Positions 1 through 10,559 of a stretch of 30,454 nt of DNA are shown here, one piece after another. The translations under genes were made by a program, and so were the position numbers. Position 1 is the stretch's first letter; every line of letters starts with the position of its first letter. Under the pieces are notes generated by a model. That model saw nothing but the letters and a program-made list of their open reading frames with translations. It was not told where the DNA came from and ran no database searches. This DNA is from Wallemia ichthyophaga EXF-994 (taxonomy: Eukaryota > Fungi > Basidiomycota), in NCBI RefSeq assembly GCF_000400465.1, contig NW_008806297.1, positions 1 to 30,454 on the forward strand. Reading direction: 5' to 3'.

Positions 1-360
1 CGCTGCAGTGAGGTGGTCTGCGTGTGCGTGTGTCTCCAGAATATGGCGTACGTCTAATTTGCTCGTGGATATGTGCGCTAGTAGTCCATCGGCACTCTGC
101 GTACTCACATGCCCACTATTGCTGTCATAATCGAGCACTGGGTCTATCACCGCGGCTTGCAGTGTTCTAGGACAGTGCAGCACGTACGTCCATGTCGAAC
201 TGTCCTTATCGTAGAACGTCTGGGTTGTGGGTGTGTTGGCAGCTACATGCGTACGGAATGGCGGGGTTGGAGTGGCTGCAGCAGTACTTTGAAGTCTAAT
301 ACCGCCTTTTATCCCACCAGCTACTTTCCAATTACGATTACGTATAATTTTCGCTATCAT
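1..360 (-). CDS. Persulfide dioxygenase (ETHE1/Blh-like metallo-beta-lactamase fold), 5' part; runs off the left edge of the window
   Basis: Manual translation of 360->1 gives 120 stop-free codons: MIAKIIRNRNWKVAGGIKGGIRLQSTAAA...TQTFYDKDSSTWTYVLHCPRTLQAAVIDPVLDYDSNSGHVSTQSADGLLAHISTSKLDVRHILETHAHADHLTAA. It has the HxHxDH metal motif in the PDO-typical ILETHAHADHL context plus IDPVLDYD. The basic, acid-free N-terminus resembles a mitochondrial presequence. Not in the ORF track because it has no stop in the window. Confidence 0.9.
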   Translation of the reverse strand, partial: MIAKIIRNRNWKVAGGIKGGIRLQSTAAATPTPPFRTHVAANTPTTQTFYDKDSSTWTYVLHCPRTLQAAVIDPVLDYDSNSGHVSTQSADGLLAHISTSKLDVRHILETHAHADHLTAA

Positions 361-447
361 GGTCGAGTCACTAATCACGTCATTCACCGATAAACTTCTT
401 GGTTGGTTACCATCAAAATTTAACCGAGTTTAATGTTATAGAGGAGA
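361..447. promoter_or_regulatory. Putative bidirectional promoter between the persulfide dioxygenase and SSU1-like genes
   Basis: Only 87 bp separate the divergent ATGs at 360 (-) and 448 (+). It contains GAGTCA (TGACTC, bZIP-like) and TCACGTCA (CRE/E-box-like); these motif assignments are speculative. Confidence 0.55.
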
Positions 448-1506
448 ATGTCAAGCAATCTGTCAAGCTCTCTGCTAAGCTCTCGCCTCAGCCGCTCACT
501 CAGGAAGCGTACAATGAACATAATACCTTCGTGGTTCGCTGTAACGATGGGGACTGGGATTCTTTCAATCCTGCTATTTAACTCACCTTACCAATTCAAT
601 GGCCTGCACGTAATAGCCGGCGTGATATTCGCCATTAACATCATCGTATTTGTTGTGTTACTGATATTTACTATACTCCGATACGCTATTTGGCCATCGC
701 TGCTCCCACTGATGCTCACACACCCCGTCAACCTTTTTTTGGGGACGTTTCCAATGGGATTAGATACGCTGATTACAATGATTGTCAACTCTCTAGTCCC
801 CCGATATGGTTACAACTACGTCTTACTAGCCTATGTGCTGTGGTATATCAGCGTTGCCATTTCAATAATCACCTGTATAGGTATTCCTTTTATTCAGATG
901 AGCAGGCAGAACGTCGAAAATAGACAGATATTCGCGACTGCACTTCTACCCACCGTCAGTACAATAGTCGCAGCGTCTACAGGTGCTTCTGTGGCGAATG
1001 TCCTCCCAGACTCACAGGCTAGGATCACTATTGTCATTTCATACATCCTCTTAGGCATGGGACTGCCAATATCCGTACTCCTCATGGCTAATTACAGCTA
1101 CAGACTCATCCTATTCAAGTTGCCCCAGCCTGCTTTCATTAGCTCGACCTTTATCACTATAGGGCCATGCGGGCAGTCTGCATATGCCATCCTCAAGCTG
1201 AGCAGCGATGTTAATATGCTTATCTCAAAAACAGGTCTTCCTTGACTCACCTGCCTCAGCTTCCCTATCGGCACCCTGGCCTTGTCTGCTCAAGAGCTGG
1301 GCAAGGAGATGGACTCAACAGGGATGAAAGTCGTCGGTACTATCCTGATGATGCTCTTGTTGATAATTTGGCTGCTTCTTTTTCCAGTGACTCTTTACTT
1401 CAGCGTCATTAAGGATTCTTGGTTCACTAGCCCGTGTCTGTCGGAAGTCGGTGGCCAGCCGCCTTCATTTGAGGAGGTTGACTTTATCAAGAACCGCAAG
1501 TATTGA
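448..1506 (+). pseudogene. SSU1: SSU1-type sulfite efflux pump (TDT/SLAC1 family), apparently disrupted by an internal deletion and an in-frame TGA at 1243-1245
   Basis: PSWFAVTMGTGILSILL..PYQF.GLH, HP..LFLGTFPMG, LLP.VST.VAA, GPCGQ and FPIG...QELGKEMDS..MKVVGT match the fungal Ssu1 subfamily. ORFs 448-1245 and 1282-1506 share a frame. The conserved WGFGL.WL helix and FN.GWW motif between GPCGQ and FP.G are absent. No phase-compatible canonical intron removes the stop. Family identity is high confidence; pseudogene status is moderate. Confidence 0.75.
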
Positions 1507-1818
1507 ACGAATATAGATATGTTTTATAGAATCAAAGCCAGGATGAGATTGTATGATGTAATGTATTTAATTTATTTTCCCTAATTTTTTTCACTGTCTT
1601 CTTATCGGGTGCTAAGAGGATGGGCAGGAATAAGCTCGATTCTGGCTGGAAAGGACGCCAGCAGAAGCAGTCTGAGGATTAGAAGCCTAACAATGATCTT
1701 AAGGGGGGCTATAAGAAGAACTTTAAGAAGGACAATAAGAATGACTCTAACCACTCAAGTAAACACGACAGAGGCTACAAAAACCACAGCAAGTCACATA
1801 GAAAGTCATCTCACGACC

Positions 1819-3724
1819 ATGTCATCAAATGTGAGCTATTTGTTTTGATATTGAGTGAAATGCTCAAAACATTCTCAAGCTTAACAAGGCGTTACAGAAG
1901 CCTTCACGTTTAGAGCCTTTAGCGCCTCCAGCAACGGACAGCGAGCACGGTGAGGTGTTGACACGTCTCGACGTGTGCAAACCTTCACCAAAAGTGAGCG
2001 CTATAAACATCGAATAAACACAGCATGCTCATATGTATCAGACTATGCTCAAGCTTCTTCATCGCATCAAAGCTTTAGTCGTTCAGCTCCTCCCTCATCA
2101 AGTCGATATGGACGTGTTGAGGCAGCCAGAGGTGAAAAGCCAGATTATTAACAGTAACACTGTTTCAACGTTCATTGACGCCAGTGGCGATCTCAAAGAT
2201 GCTCTCCCTTTTGCCCTTCTCAAGCTGAAACAATATTTCCAAAAGGAAGCTCTTCAAGATCAGTCCGATTACGACGAACATATGTGCAGATCAGTCGCTT
2301 CCGAGGTTCTTTCCCGATACGTCATGCATCGTGTAGACGCCCAAAAGCTACCGAAAGTCATGTCTCACCGTTTCCTCTACTTAGAGTCAGACGGTGACCT
2401 CAGTGCACCGCTGAGCGTGTTGGAACTGGCCATAGATCTTCACGCTACTTTTTTCCTCAGCTCAGATGAATCCCAGACGGCGGTAACGGCTTTGTGGAAT
2501 GGCTCGTGGGTGCAGATACACACCGATACCAGTCAGAATCAGATAGAATACGTACCATATCACAAGACAGACGGTCACTCCCTCTTCCACCACTTTGATC
2601 CATCGAAAATCGCTGTACCCAAGTATCAGAACTACTTGAGGATCGTCATATGGGTTGTCTTTCTCGCTGTTTTTTCATTCTCCGTCCAATCCCCAACAGA
2701 ACAACTTAACCCTAAGAAGAGATTTGACGAGTGGGAGTATGTCTTGTATGGCATGAGTATTAGTTTCTTGTTCGAAGAAGCTAATCGCATGTTCAAGAGC
2801 TTACGTATACGCGGCCTATCATCGGTTTTCAATTTCTGGACGATAGTCAATGTCATCACCTATGTTATACTCACTCTCTCATTCAATCTGAGGGTTGCTG
2901 GGATATACAGTGTGGATGAGAGTGACAAAGACAGACTACATATGCTCAGTTTTGAGATTCTCTCAATGGCTTCACCTCTAATTTGGATCAAGCTACTGCC
3001 AATTTTCGATCTCTTCCTGTATGTAGGCACGATGGAGCTTGTGATTATTCGGATGATCAGGCAGAGTTTAGTCTTCTTCTTGCTACTCGGTGTCGTTTTT
3101 GCAGGGCATGCTCAGGCGCTGTATGCATTAGATGCAGCTGACGGTGAGCAGGGCAGTTTCGCAAGTATATGCAAAATTCTACTCAGGAGTATATTCGGCG
3201 ATGCAGACTTTGGTACAGTTGCAAATCAGGCACGATTCGGTCAGCCGTTTGGCGAGTTTATCTTCTACGCTTGGTGCTTCGTTACCATAATCATCCTCTT
3301 AAACGTACTTGTCGCGCTTTATGCCTCCAGCTATGAAGGTGTAACAGACGACGCCGTCAACGAGTTTATGGCCTTCTTCGCTGGGAAGACAGTCAGTATG
3401 ATTCGTACACCTGATCACTTTGTCTATGTGGCGCCGTTTAATTTAATTGAAGATATCTTTGTCGCGCCTTTTGAATGGATAGTCACGAAAGAGACATACA
3501 GCAAGATCAACAGGGTAGTATTAAGTGTACTGTTTTTTATACCGCTTAGTATCATTGCAGCGCTAGAAGCTAATGATGTCTTTAGGCAGACGACTGTTTA
3601 TAAAAATTTTATCGACACGCGTATTCCATTTATGGACGCGGACGTAGACGATTTAGATGAAGAGGATGAGGAGTATAAGATATGCAGACATAGGTTTGAA
3701 GATTTAAAGAAAAGGCTTGAGTAA
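1819..3724 (+). CDS. YVC1: Vacuolar TRP-type Ca2+-release channel (Yvc1/TRPY1)
   Basis: Spliced model: 1819-1830 (MSSN), intron 1831-1879, 1880-1993, intron 1994-2041, 2042-3724. This restores ...CKPSPK|TMLKLLHRIKAL. It shows ALPFALL, VPKYQN, WVVFL, six-TM/pore region, ILLNVLVALYASSY, FVYVAPFNLIE and an acidic DDLDEEDEE tail. GTAAGT at 3721 may add a tiny last exon ending about 3792. Confidence 0.9.
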
Positions 3725-4145
3725 GTGGCGAAATAGGTTAAAAAAGATATTAAGATGTGTAACTACAATCAAGTCATAAGAAATACATCTAATTAAAAAA
3801 TTGTTAGTAATTTATACCTGAAATGCACTCCTTCTTGGTAATTCCAATCAGTTACCGTTGTATAGTACTCAAGGCTTATCGGCAAAGTTAGGCCAATAAG
3901 CTCATACAGTGTGAATAATATTGTCATCACTTGTATTACAAGAAAGAGTGCTCGTGTTTCAACTCACCTCGTTTACGTTGAAGAAAGGAGAGATTTCAGT
4001 GGATTTTGAGATTTTTAAAGACAAGGCATAACCCTAACAATGACAATTAAAAATCATGAGAATAATTTAATAGAGTCAAAGGCTTCAAATATTCAAGTGT
4101 AATTTCAAGTGAAATAGCTTCAGTCTTTGCACTAGAACTATCAAG

Positions 4146-5208
4146 ATGGAAGATGATTTGTATCAAGACCCATACGCGATAAATAACAATGCTACAACTT
4201 TAAATACACAGTATACACAGCCTATACAGCATTCTCTGCCACCAGATGCCGCTGATGAATCAGCCAGGAAGATATTCATCGGTGGTCTCAATTGGGATAC
4301 TACAGAGGAGAATCTGAGCAAATATTTTAGTAAATTTGGTCAAGTCGTACAGCTTAACATTATGAGAGATCCAAATACAAATAAATCGCGTGGTTTCGGT
4401 TTTCTCACTTTTGCTGATTTAGATAGCGTACAGCAGGTTATGATACGTGATCATTGGCTTGATGGCAAGCTTATTGATCCGAAGAGGAATATGCATAGAC
4501 ATGACAACCTCAAGCATAAGAAAATCTTTATCGGTGGTATTCCACTGACAATGCCCGTCGAGCAAGTGGTGGATGAATTTGGCGCTGTTTTTGGTACAAT
4601 TACAGATGCTAACCTTATGTATGATAAGGAGACAGGTAGATCAAGAGGTTTTGGCTTTCTTACCTTTGAGAGTGAACAGCAGGCAGAAGATGCTGTAAAA
4701 GAAGGGCGATTTGATTTGGTTGGTAAATCCGTCGAAGTTAAGCGTGTTCAGACTAGGAATGAGAGGTCTGGTACTCAAGATGCCGGTAAGCAGTATCAGA
4801 CTTCGATGTTCGGTGGTCCAACAAATAATCCATTCAATCCTCAAGCAATGGCTGCCATGTATCAACGCATGGGCTGGAATGCATTCGGTGGAGTGAGTGA
4901 GATTATTCAATGACTAAGAAAAACTCTAACTAGCCAATCAGATGGGTATGATGAACCCTATGATGATGGGTGGTATGGGCGGTATGGCAAACCCCATGAT
5001 GCAGATGATGCAGCAGAATCCATCATCCACTACCGCAGCACCTTCAGAAGGTGCTAATCAGGATGAAGAATCTGCATACGGATCTTATGGTGGACCACTA
5101 CAGCCCGGCTTGGGTCAGGTACCGAGACATAACGTCAATACACCAAAATCACAACCAGGACCTCAAAGATCAGCGCAGCGTACACAAAACACTTATAAGC
5201 CATATTAA
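4146..5208 (+). CDS. HRP1: Hrp1/Musashi/hnRNP-A/B-like two-RRM RNA-binding protein (about 337 aa)
   Basis: KIFIGGLNWDTTEE...SRGFGFLTF and KIFIGGI...SRGFGFLTF RRMs. A phase-0 intron at 4893-4941 (GTGAGT...CTAAC...CAG) joins to the M/G/Q-rich exon 4942-5208 ending ...TYKPY. Confidence 0.88.
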
Positions 5209-5289
5209 TATAACTAGTTGTACCAATATATTTTATTCTTTCATGTAAATCATCTTCAACTCGTTCAACCAACATCTAAGCAGATAATT

Positions 5290-7778
5290 ATGTCAGATTT
5301 AGCGCAAACTGCTTATGCGGATGCACTGATTGTGAGTAAATGTTGATAAGCCTATAAAAGTAGCTCACATCGCCTAGAATGCACGCCCTGGTGATTCTGT
5401 AGCTGCACTCCAAAACCGTATAAAGAAAGCCGCAACGCTACAAGAAGAACTAGCAAACTTCTTTCAAGCCCGCGCATCAGCTGAACTGGCTTATGCAGCT
5501 TCACTTAATAAAATCACGCGCTCTAAGCCATTCATTTCGGATGTACAACTCCTGAGTCGATCAGGCTTAGGTGGAATCTGGGATAATCTACAGGATGAAT
5601 TATTTCAGCTATCTGTTATACACGATAAATTCGCTAAGAAGATATCCGATCAAGTCGAGAAACCGCTGAGAATGGCGTCCCAACAAGGTGAATGGGGCAG
5701 CCTCCCAAGTTCAGATACAGCAATGAATAAACTCGTCAAGAGCATCGACGAGTCACAGAAGAGCGTTAATAAGGTACGTGAGGGTGTTACATTGGTGTAC
5801 ACACCACTTAAATCACTCACAGTTTCAACGTAAAGTTGATAACGCTGGTGGTAAAAAATCTGGCGCTGCAGGCTCACGACTCACTCAAGCTCAATCTACA
5901 TACGCTAATGCTCAACAAAAATTCATTTCTAGCGCTCCTTCTTACTTCAACTCTTACCAAATTACAGATTCTAATAGACTTCAAGAATTACGCTCGATTT
6001 TCGTTAAATGGGAGACGATGCAGTCTGAATTGAACCAATCAAAGCAAAAAATCAATGAACATAACTTAGCTGAGTTACTTAATTGGTCTACAGATGATGA
6101 TCAAAATGAGTACCTCACTCAACTTTCTTCTTTATTAGGTTTGAACTTAGGCGCTAACGACTCCCTCTCAGCCTCTACACAGGCTCATTCACCAAATACT
6201 CAATCTCAATCATTTGATCCTGTTCGTCCACTCAACAGCAGGAGTAGCTCCACTTTGAAAGAGAATGCCAGCGGCGTGCGCTCTTCAATCGCCAACACTT
6301 TCTTCAGTAGAAATAGATCCAAGTCAAACTCACGCGATAGTTATGTCGCTACAACTCAAGAAATTCCTCCTGTACCTGCGATGAGCAGTAATCCAAGACA
6401 TTCATCCACAGTCGGTGACCTTGAAGCACTCGATCATCCAGCCGCACAATCTACCACTCAACTCGAGCCTGTAAGCGAGAATCTGATGGATGCCAATAAC
6501 GAGGATCAAGGTACTACTGAGAAGGCTGTTGATCTCAATGGCACAAATGCCACAGATGCCACAGATGCTCCAGAGAAAGAAAACCCAGAAACATTAATGT
6601 CGACCTCCCCGCAACCAATCGAAACTTCACCGTCAACCGGTAATGATCAAGACGATAACGCGGCAATGTCCAAAGTTCGTCAGTCCCTTATCGCGTCTGC
6701 ACCGGTTCAGCGTCGACCTACCACCATGCGTGGCAGGAGGGATGTCCGGAATACCATGTTTGTGAATGACGTACCTGACGATATGCCACTGGGTGAGGCG
6801 TTAAAGATGAGGGGAGCTGGACCGACAGGAGCGACAGGCACATCAGCATCACCAACATCACCAACATCACTAACTAATCCATTCGTAAGCGCAAACGCAC
6901 CAGCTACCACCTCTCCACCATCTTTAAACCCTAAACCTTCAATTGAGGGTATAGCGACAGAGCGCACGATGAGCATGAGTAGCACTACGCCATCGCTTAC
7001 GCCGTCCATCCAGAACAAATCCACCGTCGATCCATTCGAAGGCTCCGACGCGATGGTGGAGGGACTGAAGCCGGCCATTACTGAGAATGTAAATGTGCTG
7101 ATGAAGGGCGGAGAAGTAGTCAAGGTAATGATCACAGGTGAGGTTAGCTTATGGTACAAACCGTCGTCTGTAAGTGTCGACACTCCAACATTCCGCCTTA
7201 GTGCGTTTGAGCAGCTCGAGAAAGTAGCTCCAAACCCCCAATACCTCGAACATATCGCAGACAGACACGGAGAATATAAGGTGAATCTCGACGCTTTGTC
7301 CAAGGTTGGAAAAGCATTGGTTCTCAAATATCAGCTATACATATCACAATCACAGCTCAAGAGCTACGTCCCAATGTTGGTTAATATGAAATGGAAACAT
7401 GAGTTTAATACTCACTCAGCTATTGTCAATTACTCGCTTAATCAGGAGTCTAGTCTGATGAAGAAGGGTAAAGCATTAAACGGCGTGCAGCTGCTCATAC
7501 CAATTAATGCAAAGAGTGTTCAATCTAAACCTCAAGGTATATACTCCCCAGAGAGGAAGAAAATGACTTGGATGTTGAACAACATCAATGATGGTAACTC
7601 TGATAAGATATTGGCTAGATTTGTCGTCGATGATGAGCAATATCAGCAACAACCCGCTCAATTGAAGTGGATAGTCGGAGGAGAGATCACTTCAGATGTC
7701 GATGTCGAACTTGAAAACATTGGCAGTGTATCTTCCACCATTAAAAACACTGTCAATGGCAAATATTTGATCAGCTAG
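5290..7778 (+). CDS. SYP1: Muniscin / Syp1-FCHo-type endocytic adaptor (F-BAR + linker + mu-homology domain), about 797 aa
   Basis: Exons 5290-5331, 5378-5773 and 5823-7778; introns of 46 and 49 nt are both phase 0. N-terminal LQNRIKKAATLQEELANFFQARASAELAYA (FCH). Linker RRPTTMRGRRDVRNTMF. C-terminal ITENVNVLMKGGEVVKVMITGEVSL...GKYLIS (muniscin MHD). Confidence 0.88.
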
Positions 7779-7863
7779 GAGTGGGGCGTTTATCGTTATC
7801 ATTTGACCTGTTCCGTAATCCTTCTTTGTTGCTGTTCTAGACATACCCTTTCCTTATACTCTC

Positions 7864-7910
7864 GCACACGTACACACACATACACTCACTCACTCACTCA
7901 CTCACACTCA
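7864..7910. repeat. Compound (CA)n/(CACT)n microsatellite in the convergent 3' UTR region
   Basis: gcacacgtacacacacatacactcactcactcactcactcacactca read directly from the sequence. Confidence 0.9.
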
Positions 7911-8124
7911 TTTCTTGATATAAGTCTATACACTTTCTGTTTTGTACATACACCCAATTTGATATATATAGTGGAATTTAGATAATCTCTGCATAATTTT
8001 AAATAAGATATAGCGCTGTGTGTTGTAATAAATATGCAATGCAAGTCTATCAAAAAATTTGGTTTTCCTCTGTATACTTCAAAGAAACCAAGAAACATAG
8101 GCATGTGCTTCATATTACACCCCT

Positions 8125-9982
8125 TTAAATCGCTTGAATGTTGTACAAACCGTATGATCTTGCATTGACCCGTGAACGAGCCAATCTGTGTTCGTTGTTT
8201 GGGACTGATTGTGAAAAATTAGCAGTGGATATGAGCTATCAATAATCACGCACTTGGAAAGTCCTCACGAATGCCGATATTCACCCCCGATGAGTAGTAT
8301 ACCAGTGGTCTGAATCCAGGTTCTTCTTCCATCACTACGCTATTCCTAAATTTTGCAGTTAAAGCTTCCTTGCCTTGCACATTAGCATATGTCATTCCCA
8401 TTCTCTTTTCACTGTGGTATACGTCCCTGCGTCATCATCTATCAGTACGTCATCGTCTTGGCGTAAGACACTCACCACTTATAATTGATACGCATCGATG
8501 CAAATTTATACAGTTCATCAACTGTCAAAAAACTGGAGCTGATCAGATTTCACGTCTCCTTTCACTCCATCTCACTCACTTGACGAACGCATATCCAACA
8601 TTCGAACGCGACTTGAAATCCATGCGCAGGTAGAGAAAGTCAAATGATCTGGGCACGACATCTGAAATATATTTTTCAAGCTGATCAGTAGTGAGTCTGT
8701 TTGGAATATTCTGTATAGTCAAGTTTGTGGGTAATATGTCTCATAATAAAGCTCACGGACACACCTTGATCATAACAGTCGTACGGGTATCTTCGCCTCT
8801 TTCAATACGGCCGAGATCAATCTGGTTGCGTTCTGGGGTATGTGATCTTTGACTTTTCGCTGACTTGTATGAGCTTTCGTGAGCAACTGATGGAGCATGG
8901 ATAGACGAGGGCAGTGACCTGGATGTACTAGAGATCAATTGCGGCTGGGCGGTGTCAGCTATGAACGACTGTCAAGCCCAACGCACACTAAATGAAGACA
9001 GATAAGACTGAGGATCGAGATTAGGTATGGCTCCTTCAAATGGCTGCAGCTTGCGTTCTTTGAATTTAGCAGCTTTGTTGCGTGCTGCTAACGATTCAAG
9101 CACCGAGTGATTCCATGTCTTCTCGACATCGTAACGCGATTGACCAAGCGCTTTGTCTGCTTCCATAGCATGACGAGTATCGTCGTACTCGATCTGGAGC
9201 AGCACTTGATCATTTTGCAGAAGAATGTGCTGGTATTTGGCTACTCTGCCAATCGTTTCGAGTAGATCCTATTGGCATTGAGCGAGGTGTTTAGCTCAAA
9301 CAAATAACTCACAAGGACAGGTCGTTGGGCTTCTTTATGAAGGCGTACTGAGAGCTTTCCTGACGTCATTGAATTGATGTAGCGCTTGGCGTCGGTTGTC
9401 TGGGTATAAATTGAGCGAGTGATCGAGGCGGAATAAAAGTAAAACTCACTTCGTTAATCTCACTCTCAGTGCACAGCCTTGCCTTGAATTTGGATTCACC
9501 AAGGTCGACGAGCGCGTCGTGTGCATCGGAGTAAGTGAAGAAGGCGAGAATGACCTGCTTTGTGAGATTAAAGCCAAAGGCACACTAAATACACTCACAA
9601 ACCCCTCTTTGGATAGATTTGATATATTGATCGCCTTCATATTTGTGAAATTCTGGCGAATGTGAGCTAAATCACGAGATTAATCACGACCAACGCTAAA
9701 CAAAGACTGAACATTCTCTACAGAGAGATCACCGGAGAGAGAATCGACTCTCAAGAACCTTGATTGAAGCAATTCTGCTTCGCTTTGGAGGGATGTCTCG
9801 ACTGTGCCATCGATAGAATTTGTGTGTGGGCAGCCTTCAGTGGTGTAGCTGAAGCGCATTGCCGATGCAGGTGATAAAGGGCTTTCTGCGGTGACAACAT
9901 CACTAGAGTTGCCATCATCGTTACCGGAGAATGACCACCTCCTAAACGCCATACCCAAAGAAGCAATTTCTCTTGTAGACAT
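8125..9982 (-). CDS. mei2: Mei2-like RRM RNA-binding protein (about 10 exons)
   Basis: Manual splicing gives the diagnostic Mei2 RRM3: EDTRTTVMIK|NIPNRLTTDQLEKYISDVVPRSFDFLYLRMDFKSRSNVGYAFVN|FLTVDELYKFASMRINYKW|DVYHSEKRMGMTYANVQGKEALTAKFRNSVVMEEEPGFRPLVYYSSG. Nine GT-AG introns of about 41-54 nt keep the frame from ATG 9982 to TAA 8125-8127. Confidence 0.88.
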
Positions 9983-10453
9983 TATAATAGCAACTGTTTA
10001 AATTTATCTTCAGCTTGGCATCGTGTAACGCGTATGTGTTAGCCCTACCAAGTTTATTCTCACTTCTTTATGTTTAAGTGAGTGTGTCGTTAGCCCAAAA
10101 ATCCCTTTGTCGTGAAGTTGATTGCTTTAATTAAAGTTTCGAACGAGTGGGGGCGTTGAGTTGAGTGCGTGCAACTCGTGAAATTTTTGATATTCAAAGT
10201 GATTTGTTCAAATGAAAGATATTTAATTGATGGCTTCATACTCCTAGAAAGAGCTGATGCCGTTCTTCAATTCGGCTGAAAGTCTGGATCATTCGCCTTG
10301 TCGGCTGCAATTTCAATCCGTGTCGAAATGAATAGATTCCATGTGGCAAAGATACATAATGACTACATGCTCGATACAGTTGACTTCAGACCAAAAAACG
10401 ACGACGTCAATGTAATGACTGAGCTTCTCAATATTCAAAATGCCAAAAAGATG

Positions 10454-10540
10454 TCCTCCCACCCAGAATCGAACTAGGAACCTCAAGATATGCCGGTTTG
10501 CCATTACAGTCTTGCGCTCTGCCAATTGAGCTATAGGAGG
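10454..10540 (-). tRNA. tRNA-Tyr(GUA) with a 14-nt canonical-position intron
   Basis: Reverse complement: CCTCCTA TA GCTC AATTGGCA GAGC G CAAGA CTGTAA[tggcaaaccggcat]A TCTTG AGGTT CCTAG TTCGATT CTGGG TGGGAGG A. All four stems pair. C1-G72 and A73 are Tyr identity elements. 73+14=87 nt, followed by a TTTTT Pol III terminator. Confidence 0.97.
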
Positions 10541-10559
10541 CTGTGACGTAAACTCGATC

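Noticed and set aside
73-108. GTGAGT on the minus strand inside the PDO gene, suggesting an intron
   Set aside because: Read-through gives GHVSTQSADGLL, matching the conserved PDO G..ST.SAD segment, so it is coding.
109-393. 94-aa plus-strand ORF in the track
   Set aside because: It is an antisense shadow of the persulfide dioxygenase and has no motif.
1176-1259. Non-canonical introns that could rescue SSU1 (starts 1176, 1210 or 1235)
   Set aside because: Starts at 1235 (25 nt) and 1210 (50 nt) shift the frame. The start at 1176 (84 nt, GTCTGC) is in phase but a poor donor and removes more conserved sequence. None restores the missing helix.
1609-1848. 79-aa ORF as an independent gene
   Set aside because: Its last codons (MSSN) are the first exon of YVC1 and the remainder has no recognisable features. 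A longer YVC1 N-terminus cannot be fully excluded.
6707-7327. 206-aa minus ORF, and similar antisense ORFs over CDC4, OSCA, SSC1 and GH3 (e.g. 26748-27644, 298 aa)
   Set aside because: These are shadow frames of well-supported genes. Long antisense ORFs are expected with biased, GC-rich codon usage.
10313-10525. 70-aa minus ORF
   Set aside because: It starts inside the tRNA-Tyr gene and has no coding signature.
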